From: an uncultured Actinotalea sp. | GTDB taxonomy: Bacteria > Actinomycetota > Actinomycetes > Actinomycetales > Cellulomonadaceae | Reading direction: 5' to 3' | NCBI GenBank assembly: GCA_964416715.1 | Contig: CAYQFJ010000002.1 | Location: forward strand, 15,523-79,522 | Length of the DNA stretch: 64,000 nucleotides | Shown: positions 8,284-15,762 of the stretch, piece by piece | Position numbering within the stretch: position 1 is the stretch's first letter | Layout: every line of letters begins with the position of its first letter | Made by a program: the position numbers and the translations under genes | Notes under the pieces: generated by a model | Database searches by the model: none | What the model saw: the letters and a program-made list of their open reading frames with translations, nothing else | What the model was told of the DNA's origin: nothing

Positions 8284-8784
8284 ATGCTGCAGACCCGCAT
8301 TCGCGCGGCTCTCGACCGGCGCGACGAGGGGTTCACCCTGATCGAGTTGCTGGTGGTCGTCATCATCATCGGCATCCTCGCTGCCGTCGCGATCCCGGTG
8401 TTCCTCGGGCAGCGTCAGCGCGCGTTCGACGCCACCGTGCAGTCCGACCTGAAGAACCTCGCGACGGCCGCGGAGACGACCTTCGCCTCCGACCTGTCCT
8501 ACCCCGCCGACGCGGCGACGTTCGCGTCCAACGGCACCACACCGATCGTGTCCGAGGACACCGAGTACAAGGCGTTCGTCGTGGAGTCCGGTACGGACGC
8601 CGGCTACGTGATCTTCGGCAAGCACAACGGCTCGGACCAGGTGTGGGCGGTGTCGTCCTACAACGGCGGTGCCCCGGTGGTCGCCGCCGGTGCCGACGAG
8701 CTGGCTGACGTGACCGCCGCGGCCGACGCCGCGTACGGTTCCGACGGCCTGACCTTCTCGACGACGGTCGTCACGTTCCCGTGA
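8284..8784 (+). CDS. pilA: Type IV pilin, probable major subunit
   Basis: RRDEG|FTLIELLVVVIIIGILAAVAIPVF; GGAG RBS, own operator upstream and a hairpin downstream. Confidence 0.9.
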   Translation: MLQTRIRAALDRRDEGFTLIELLVVVIIIGILAAVAIPVFLGQRQRAFDATVQSDLKNLATAAETTFASDLSYPADAATFASNGTTPIVSEDTEYKAFVVESGTDAGYVIFGKHNGSDQVWAVSSYNGGAPVVAAGADELADVTAAADAAYGSDGLTFSTTVVTFP

Positions 8785-8806
8785 CGACCTGACGTCGACC
8801 ATCCAC

Positions 8807-8852
8807 CGACGACGGCCCGGACATCCCCGACCCGGGGACCGGGCCGTCGTCG
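8807..8852 (+). terminator. Stem-loop after the major pilin gene
   Basis: CGACGACGGCCCGG...CCGGGCCGTCGTCG inverted repeat. Confidence 0.6.
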
Positions 8853-8874
8853 TCTCGTGTTCGCAGGGAGCCCG

Positions 8875-9945
8875 ATGACATCGCGACGACGACGCCACCA
8901 CAACGACGACGGCTTCACCCTGGTGGAGCTGCTGGTCGTCGTCGTCATCGTGGGCCTGCTCGCGGCGATCGCGATCCCCATCTTCCGGGACCAGCAGCGC
9001 GGAGCCCTAGACAAGACCGTCGGGGCGGATCTCGACACGTACTCCACTGCGGCCGAGCGGTACTTCGCCTCGACGTTCACCTACCCGACCGACCTGCTCG
9101 GGTTCGACATCCGCAGCTCCGGCACACCGGCGTCCGGTCCGGGGAACACCTACCGGGCGTTCACGATCCGCTCGGGTGCGCACTCCGGGTACGTGCTCTT
9201 CGGGCAGAACACGACGACCGGCCAGGTGTGGGTGCTGTCCTCCTACGCCGGTGCGGACCGCCAGCACACCGACCTCGAGTCGCTGCCTGAGTCCCCGCCG
9301 ATGGCCGGGCAGTACGGGGTGCCCGATGGTGTGATCGCCGCGGACTGGGACCGGCTCAGCGGACTGGACTGGGGTGCGGTCCCGCCGGCTGACCCGGCCG
9401 GGTCTCCGGTGGTGCGGTTCTGGGACCCGACGCTGACGGTCTCGTCCAAGCCGATCCTGGACACCAACGACCTCGCCGGGTTCGGGAGCCTGAACGACGT
9501 GCCGTTCCGGATCGTCGACCTGGAGTCCCCCGTCGCCTCCCGGGCCCTGGAAGTCGTCACGGACAGCGCGACACGACCTCAGGGCCCGGTGCTGTTCCAG
9601 CATCCGCTGGCACCGACGTGGCCGGTGGACTCCCCCCAGGTTCTCGCAGCGGGCGAGCAGTGGACCGTGTCGGTCTGGTTCCGCGGCGCGGCGGGTGACA
9701 CGTTCCGCCTCGGGTGCCGGATGGTGACCGCCCCGGGCCAGTACGCCGGTGAGAGCTCGGGGAAGCCGGTGACCGCGACCGGGGCGTGGCAGCGCATCAC
9801 CCACACGTGCACGACCAGCGTCGAGCACGTCGGTGCGTACGTGAACGTCCAGGTCACCACGGCGGACCCGGCCGCGGACGTGACGTTCTGGGTGACCGGT
9901 CCGCAGGTGAACCGCGGCCCGTACGCGACCGCGTTCCAGCCATGA
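8875..9945 (+). CDS. Type IV pilin with a C-terminal carbohydrate-binding-like (CBM4/9-type) domain
   Basis: NDDG|FTLVELLVVVVIVGLLAAIAIPIF; C-terminal beta-rich GEQWTVSVWFRG...TGAWQRITHT. Confidence 0.8.
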   Translation: MTSRRRRHHNDDGFTLVELLVVVVIVGLLAAIAIPIFRDQQRGALDKTVGADLDTYSTAAERYFASTFTYPTDLLGFDIRSSGTPASGPGNTYRAFTIRSGAHSGYVLFGQNTTTGQVWVLSSYAGADRQHTDLESLPESPPMAGQYGVPDGVIAADWDRLSGLDWGAVPPADPAGSPVVRFWDPTLTVSSKPILDTNDLAGFGSLNDVPFRIVDLESPVASRALEVVTDSATRPQGPVLFQHPLAPTWPVDSPQVLAAGEQWTVSVWFRGAAGDTFRLGCRMVTAPGQYAGESSGKPVTATGAWQRITHTCTTSVEHVGAYVNVQVTTADPAADVTFWVTGPQVNRGPYATAFQP

Positions 9946-9950
9946 CCGGG

Positions 9951-10742
9951 CTACTTCGGGGTCTTGTGCTTGCGGACCCCGGAGTAACCGACGAGCTGGA
10001 TGTCCCCGCACACCGGGCATGCCCCGTAGGTCGACTGCCCGTGGCGCCGCAGCTCGCCGCTGTGCTGCTGGTTCGAGCCGGGGCACGTGTCTGGTGCGGG
10101 AGGCTTGCCGCGGGTCCACTCGACGGGCGCCGTGGGGTAGCAGGCGGTGCACAGGATCGCGCCGTGCTCGGCGACCGCGGCCTCCTCGGTCTGGCCGGAC
10201 AGCTGCGGCAGCCACCCGTACTCGGTCGTGTCGCGGCAGGTGCGGCACGACCGGGACGAGTGGATGTGCCCGCCGGCGGACGAGGTGACCAGGAAGAACC
10301 GGGACCAGCCGCGAGCCTGGTGTTCGGCCTCGAGCTCGCCGACGTGCTCACGGGTGACGTCCTGCTTGGCGCGCAGGTCGTGGACGTCGACGAGCAGCGA
10401 CCGTGCGGGCTCGACCTGGTACGGAGCGACCTTGCCGTTGTCCAGTGCCGCCTCGAGGTCCGCGAGGACCTGATCCGGCGGGGTCGGCCACCCACGGTGG
10501 CGCGCACCCCGTGACGTGTCCTGCCGGTGCCCCAAGGTGCGGTGCGCCGCGTCGATCTTCGACCGGAGCTTCGCCGCTCGCCGGTCGAGCTCGGTGTACA
10601 GGTCCGCCAAGAGGTGGTCGACCTGAACCGGGGTGTGGCCGGCGTACGGCCGCGACAGGGTCGTGCCGGTCTCCTGGTGCGGCGTGGTGGCGTACTGCCC
10701 GCCGGCGGGGGTTCCTGCTTCTCGTCGAGGCTGGGTGCTCAT
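9951..10742 (-). CDS. GGQF-tag protein 7 with Cys/His metal-binding motifs
   Basis: MSTQPRREAGTPAGGQYATTPHQETGTTL; HIHSSRSCRTC, LCTACYP, CPGS...CPVC. Confidence 0.7.
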   Translation of the reverse strand: MSTQPRREAGTPAGGQYATTPHQETGTTLSRPYAGHTPVQVDHLLADLYTELDRRAAKLRSKIDAAHRTLGHRQDTSRGARHRGWPTPPDQVLADLEAALDNGKVAPYQVEPARSLLVDVHDLRAKQDVTREHVGELEAEHQARGWSRFFLVTSSAGGHIHSSRSCRTCRDTTEYGWLPQLSGQTEEAAVAEHGAILCTACYPTAPVEWTRGKPPAPDTCPGSNQQHSGELRRHGQSTYGACPVCGDIQLVGYSGVRKHKTPK

Positions 10743-10751
10743 ACCCGGTGG

Positions 10752-10759
10752 ATGTGCGG
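10752..10759 (-). promoter_or_regulatory. CCGCACAT motif (C class)
   Basis: GCCCGCACAT + 9 nt + ATG 10742 on the minus strand. Confidence 0.75.
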
Positions 10760-10764
10760 GCCGC

Positions 10765-12093
10765 TCACGGGGCCCACAGCACCGGCGGGGTTGGCTTGGG
10801 CGGCACCGGAGGTGGGGCCTGGTCGAGGATCGCCGGGCGGGGGACGTCGCACAGGCTCGGGGGTTCGTCGGCCTGGTGCTCGGCGTCGGTCTCCTCAGCG
10901 CATCCGGCCAGGGTGTCGTCGTAGTCCCGCTGCGCCTCGTCCTGCCGGGCCTGGTGCTCGGCGGCGGCGTCTTGCGCGGACTGCCAGGTGGCCAGGTCCG
11001 CCCGGTAGGCGTCGAGCTCGGCGGCTTGTCGGGACCATGCCTGGTGCACGTCATCCACGGCGGTCACGTAGTCGGTCCACGACTGCAGCGCGGGCACGTA
11101 CTCGACTAGCTCGTCCGTGTACTGCTGGGCGTCGGTGAGCCATGTCTGCTGGCGTGACGTGAGCTGGTCGGCCGCTGCCTGGCGCAGTGCGTCAGCCTTG
11201 ACCTGCACGGCGTCGAGATCGACCGGTGGTGGGACGGAGTCGGTGAACGCCCACCCGCACCCTGGGCCGGTGATGTCGGCCGCGGGCACCACGACCTTCG
11301 TCGTGAGCGGTTCGGGCCCGGGCCAGGTCGGCGCGGTCGGTTCGGGTACGCGCTTGGGGGCCGGGGGCCCGACCACACCCTCGGGCATGGTCGCCGCGGC
11401 GGGGGCGTCGACTGGTGGTGGCAGGGCCTCCCCCACGGCCGGAGCACCGGGAGTCGGCTCCGCGGTGAGTGTCAGTACCTGGGTGTGAGGGGTGTAGCCG
11501 GGGTGGGTGGGGTTGCGGGTCGCATCGGCGCGGCCGGGAGCGAGGTCGGCGCAGGTGTCGCTGAGAGCGTCCAGCAGTGCGGCGTCGAGCCGTTCGGCTT
11601 CCGCCCCTGGCCGGGTCGAGGTGGTCAGTGTGACCATCACGTCGCCTCGAGTCCATGCGGTGACCGTCCCGCCGTCGATGCGCATCTTGGTGGCCCGCGT
11701 CGATGCGACGTCGGTGGGGGTCCCGCACTGGGTAACCTGGTCCGCGACGACCTGGCCGAGGCCCGCGCTGAACACGTGGACGCTGACCGGTCCGTCCTGG
11801 GCGGAGAGCATGGGGGCGGCGACCTGGCACCCGAACGGGACCGGGATGGTCGCACCCCACCGCGGGGCGGTCAGCAGCTCGGTGACCACGTCGCGGGCAG
11901 GGGCCGGGTTGGGGGTGATGGTGGACGTTGTGACGACCCCGGGCCGGGGCGCCAGCTCCGGGGTCGTCAGCGTGTGGGCGGCGTCACTGTCCGAGGCGGT
12001 CAGGACTGCCGCGAGCATGGCTGCGGAGCCGACGGCGAGCGTCGCCGTGAGGATGGCCGGGAGTGCTCCCAGGGTCGCGCGGGTCCGAGTCAT
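10765..12093 (-). CDS. Secreted or membrane-anchored hypothetical protein with a coiled-coil C-terminus
   Basis: MTRTRATLGALPAILTATLAVGSAAMLAAVL hydrophobic leader; divergent from the PBP gene. Confidence 0.6.
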   Translation of the reverse strand: MTRTRATLGALPAILTATLAVGSAAMLAAVLTASDSDAAHTLTTPELAPRPGVVTTSTITPNPAPARDVVTELLTAPRWGATIPVPFGCQVAAPMLSAQDGPVSVHVFSAGLGQVVADQVTQCGTPTDVASTRATKMRIDGGTVTAWTRGDVMVTLTTSTRPGAEAERLDAALLDALSDTCADLAPGRADATRNPTHPGYTPHTQVLTLTAEPTPGAPAVGEALPPPVDAPAAATMPEGVVGPPAPKRVPEPTAPTWPGPEPLTTKVVVPAADITGPGCGWAFTDSVPPPVDLDAVQVKADALRQAAADQLTSRQQTWLTDAQQYTDELVEYVPALQSWTDYVTAVDDVHQAWSRQAAELDAYRADLATWQSAQDAAAEHQARQDEAQRDYDDTLAGCAEETDAEHQADEPPSLCDVPRPAILDQAPPPVPPKPTPPVLWAP

Positions 12094-12115
12094 GTCAGTC
12101 AGAGTGTACATACAC
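12092..12115. promoter_or_regulatory. 24-bp operator, degenerate left arm
   Basis: ATGTCAGTCAGAGTGTACATACAC. Confidence 0.6.
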
Positions 12116-12147
12116 CTGTGCTGAACTCCGGCCATTCGAGCGGCGTG

Positions 12148-12171
12148 CCGTATGTCAGTTTGTACATACAG
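12148..12171. promoter_or_regulatory. 24-bp imperfect palindromic operator
   Basis: CCGTATGTCAGTTTGTACATACAG, 17 nt before the PBP ATG. Confidence 0.7.
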
Positions 12172-12188
12172 TCGCTAGGCTGCCGGGC

Positions 12189-14408
12189 ATGGCCAAGAAC
12201 CACAACCCCGAACGTCGCCGCGCCCTCGGGGCGCTGCTGCTCGGGTGGTCACTGGCCGCCGTGGTCGCCGCGACTAGCGCCGCGATCCCGGCCGTCGCCC
12301 TCGGGCGCGCCGCCCTGGGCGCTACCGACTACTGGGACTCCATCGACGTCGAGCTGGCCGACCTGACCACCCCCCTTCCGCAGCGGACCGTCCTGGTCGA
12401 CACCACCGGGGCCGAGATCGCCGTCCTGTACGACCAGAACCGACTCCCGATCGCCACGCTCGACGCGATCGCCCCGGCCCTGATCGACGCGGTCCTCGCG
12501 GTCGAGGACGACGGCTTCTACAACCACGGACCCATCGACTTCCTCGGCACGGTCCGGGCCCTGGGGCGCAACGCCACCGCCGGTCACGTCGTCCAGGGCG
12601 GGTCGACGATCACCCAGCAGTACGTCAAGCTGCTGCGCGCCAACGCCGGTCAGGACGACGCCACCACCGACGACCTGCGCCGCAAGGTCGTCGAGCTGAA
12701 GTACGCCGCCGCACTGGAGGCCGAGACCACAAAGGACCAGATCCTGCTCGGCTACCTCAACGCCGCCTACTTCGGCAACGGGGCTTACGGTGTCTCGGCC
12801 GCCGCACAGGCCTACTTCTCGACCACACCGGCGGACCTGACCCTGCCGCAGGCGGCGATGCTCGCGGGTCTGCTGAAGAACCCCACCGGATACGACCCGA
12901 CCCTGGACCTGGCGGCGGCAACGTCCCGACGCTCCGTGGTCCTCGAGCGCATGGCCGCGACCGGCCGCATCACCCCCATGCAGCGGGACGCCGCGGACCG
13001 GAGCCCGCTCGGCCTGGCACCGTCCGCGCTGCCCAACGGGTGCACCACCTCGCCCTACCCGTACTACTGCGAGTGGGTGCGCCAGACGCTGCTGACCGAC
13101 CCGGCGTTTGGCCGCACCAGCGCCGAGCGAGAGGTCAACCTGGCTCGCGGCGGATTCACCGTGCGCACCGCGCTCGAGCCAGCGGCACAGGACGCTGCGC
13201 AGCGGGCCGTGGACGCCGCGTTCGACCACCACCAGAACCAGGCTGCTGCGATCGCGGTCGTTCGCCCCGGCACCGGGGCGGTGGCGGCCATCGCAGCGAC
13301 CCGGGACTTCGACGACACCCAGTTCAACATCCCCGTCCAGGCTCAGCTCCAGCCCGGGTCGACGTTCAAGCCGATCACCCTGGCCGCCGCGTACGAGCAC
13401 GGGTTCGGTCGTGACACTCGGCTCAACGCCCCCGCCCGGTACACGCCGGCGACGATGAGCTCACCGACCGGTGGGTTCCGCAACGTCGACGGCCGGGGCA
13501 GGTACGGCATCGACGCGGCCGCCGCGATGAAGTTCTCCGTGAACACGTGGTTCGTTCGCCTGCTGGAGCAGACCGGCACGGACACTGTCGCCGACATGGC
13601 TTGGCGGCTGGGCATGACCACGATGGACCCGGCGACCCGGCACGTCGGCCAGCAGGACGCGTCCTTGACCCTCGGAGCGTTCGAGGCGACCCCGCTGGAC
13701 GTGGCCACCGTGTACGCCACGCTCGCCGCCGACGGGGTCGCGTGCACTCCGACCGGGATCCTCGAGGTGACTGACACGATCAGCGGCCAAGCCCTGCCCG
13801 CACCTGACACGCACTGCCACCAGGCGGTGGCGCCTGCCGTGGCGCGGGCCGTCACCCACGCGATGTCCGCCACCGCCGAGCCGGGCGGGACCGCCGCCGA
13901 CGTGGAGCTGCCGGGCCGGGAGTGGGTCGGCAAGACCGGCACCACCAACGACAACGGGGCGACCTGGTTCGCCGGGTACACCCCTGACGCGGCCGCGGCC
14001 GTGTGGGTCGGCGACACCCGCGGCCCGGCTCACCGCCTGACCGACGTCCTCGCGTACGGAACGCGTCACCGCGTCCTGTACGGGTCGACGGTCGCAGCAC
14101 CGGTGTGGGAGCAGGCGATGACCGAACTGCACGCCGGGACGCCGGCCGCGACGTTCCCGGATCCGCTGCCACTGGTCCCCTGGGGCGCGGCGGTGCCTGA
14201 CGTGGTGGGGATGAGCGTGCCCGCAGCCCTGTCCGCCTTGTCGGACGCGGGGCTGGACCCTGACGTCCCGCAGGATGCGCCAGCGGAAGGTGTGGTCACC
14301 GCCCAGTCACCGACGGGCGGGTCCGTCGCGACCGGGAGCGTGAGCCTGACCGTGAACGACTCGTACACCCACGCCGGCGCCGTGCTGGTCAGCAAGGAGG
14401 GCCGATGA
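12189..14408 (+). CDS. Class A penicillin-binding protein (transglycosylase + transpeptidase + PASTA)
   Basis: AVEDDGFYNHG, QGGSTITQQYVK, YLNAAYFG; SxxK (GSTFK), SxN (SVN), KTGT; C-terminal VPDVVGMS PASTA. Confidence 0.93.
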   Translation: MAKNHNPERRRALGALLLGWSLAAVVAATSAAIPAVALGRAALGATDYWDSIDVELADLTTPLPQRTVLVDTTGAEIAVLYDQNRLPIATLDAIAPALIDAVLAVEDDGFYNHGPIDFLGTVRALGRNATAGHVVQGGSTITQQYVKLLRANAGQDDATTDDLRRKVVELKYAAALEAETTKDQILLGYLNAAYFGNGAYGVSAAAQAYFSTTPADLTLPQAAMLAGLLKNPTGYDPTLDLAAATSRRSVVLERMAATGRITPMQRDAADRSPLGLAPSALPNGCTTSPYPYYCEWVRQTLLTDPAFGRTSAEREVNLARGGFTVRTALEPAAQDAAQRAVDAAFDHHQNQAAAIAVVRPGTGAVAAIAATRDFDDTQFNIPVQAQLQPGSTFKPITLAAAYEHGFGRDTRLNAPARYTPATMSSPTGGFRNVDGRGRYGIDAAAAMKFSVNTWFVRLLEQTGTDTVADMAWRLGMTTMDPATRHVGQQDASLTLGAFEATPLDVATVYATLAADGVACTPTGILEVTDTISGQALPAPDTHCHQAVAPAVARAVTHAMSATAEPGGTAADVELPGREWVGKTGTTNDNGATWFAGYTPDAAAAVWVGDTRGPAHRLTDVLAYGTRHRVLYGSTVAAPVWEQAMTELHAGTPAATFPDPLPLVPWGAAVPDVVGMSVPAALSALSDAGLDPDVPQDAPAEGVVTAQSPTGGSVATGSVSLTVNDSYTHAGAVLVSKEGR

Positions 14409-15196
14409 CAACGCTCGAGGTCGACTGGGCGAAGGTAGGGCTGTGGGGCCCGCCGCAGGCTCGGCGAGGGTTCGGGCCGCGTGACGTCGTGTACGCGGTC
14501 GCATGGCTGGCTGGTGCGAACGTCGCCCTGGCCGCTGTCGTGGTGTGGTGGATGACCGGCGCGGACCCGTCGACGATCACCATCGACATGACCACCGACC
14601 CGGCGGTCCTGGCAGGTGGGCTCATCGTGCTGTGGGTCGTGTTCGCAGGGGTGCCGACCGTGGTGAGCCGGCGGCACGGGTCAGGCTCGTGGGCTGCGGA
14701 CTTCGGGTGGCGGGTGCCGACGGCGGCGGACTGGGGTCTCGGCCTGGTCGTGGGGCTGACGATGCGAGGAGCGGACCTTGCCGTGGGCGCCCTGGCCGGC
14801 CACCTGGGTTGGGTGGCCGGGGACAACTCCAGCTGGTTGTTCTCGCCGCGGGCTTGGCTGGTGACGGTCCTGTTCGTGCTGGGCGCCGCAGTGGTCGCCC
14901 CCGCACTGGAGGAGCTGTTCTTCCGCGGGCTGGTGCTGCAGGCGATGGCCCGGTCGACGTGGTTCGGGTCACGGTGGTCGACCCCGGTGGCCGTGGCGGT
15001 GTCCTCCGTGCTGTTCGGGGTGCTGCACACCACGGCGATGGACGCGTCGGGCCTGTACGTGGTGGCCGTCACCACGGCGGCCGGACTGGTCCTGGCCTTG
15101 CTCGCGGTGCGGCGCGGGAATCTCGGCGCGGCGATCACCGCACACATCGTCTTCAACACGACCGGGGTGGTCGGGGCCTGGATGGTGACGCTGTGA
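14405..15196 (+). CDS. CPBP (Abi/CAAX) family intramembrane glutamic protease
   Basis: APALEELFFRG, LFGVLH, AAITAHIVFN; several hydrophobic segments. Confidence 0.88.
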   Translation: MTTLEVDWAKVGLWGPPQARRGFGPRDVVYAVAWLAGANVALAAVVVWWMTGADPSTITIDMTTDPAVLAGGLIVLWVVFAGVPTVVSRRHGSGSWAADFGWRVPTAADWGLGLVVGLTMRGADLAVGALAGHLGWVAGDNSSWLFSPRAWLVTVLFVLGAAVVAPALEELFFRGLVLQAMARSTWFGSRWSTPVAVAVSSVLFGVLHTTAMDASGLYVVAVTTAAGLVLALLAVRRGNLGAAITAHIVFNTTGVVGAWMVTL

Positions 15197-15315
15197 GTGA
15201 CGAAACGCGGGTGTATGACGTGATGTCCGGTGATTCCTCAGTGTCAGACACTAACCTTGGGGCCACGACCACGGAAGTTCCCCCTCGTGAAGGCGGGACG
15301 GAGGAAGGGCAGAAG

Positions 15316-15666
15316 ATGCCAGCGGCACACGAGTCATACCCCGGTGAGGACGCACCTCTGCCCCGACGCCACGGCGGCGCGCCGCCGAGCCTGGAGGAGG
15401 CGCTCGGCGTGGCCAGGCGGCGGGCCCGTGAGCGTGCCGAGAAGCGCGGCCAGCAGCCGGAGCTTCCGGAGGTGGTCCCGTACGCCGACGAGGCCGGCGA
15501 CACGCCGCTGGTGAGCATCAGGATCCCGCGCCGCACCTTGTGGCTCGCGCACGCCAAGGCGGAGATGGAGGCCCGGAGCGTCTCGGACGTGGTCCGTGAG
15601 GCACTCGACGGCTACATCCTGACCCCGCCCGGCTCGCAGCTGGAGTACAAGCCCCCGCGGTTCTGA
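15316..15666 (+). CDS. Ribbon-helix-helix (CopG-like) DNA-binding protein
   Basis: PLVSIRIPRRTLWLAHAKAEMEARSVSDVVREALDGY; start uncertain (alternative 15193). Confidence 0.65.
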   Translation: MPAAHESYPGEDAPLPRRHGGAPPSLEEALGVARRRARERAEKRGQQPELPEVVPYADEAGDTPLVSIRIPRRTLWLAHAKAEMEARSVSDVVREALDGYILTPPGSQLEYKPPRF

Positions 15667-15731
15667 ACCACGAGGGCCGTAGTGCCACCTGGCCCTCGCT
15701 GACCTCTCGACATCCCGCGCGTCCATACGCG

Positions 15732-15755
15732 GTGTATGTCAGTGTGTATGTACAC
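15732..15755. promoter_or_regulatory. 24-bp imperfect palindromic operator
   Basis: GTGTATGTCAGTGTGTATGTACAC just before the large pilin-like gene. Confidence 0.7.
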
Positions 15756-15762
15756 TGGCGAG

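Noticed and set aside
14405-15196. CPBP protease as the missing prepilin peptidase
   Set aside because: PilD is an A24 aspartic peptidase/methylase; this protein has the EExxxR/H motifs of a different family.
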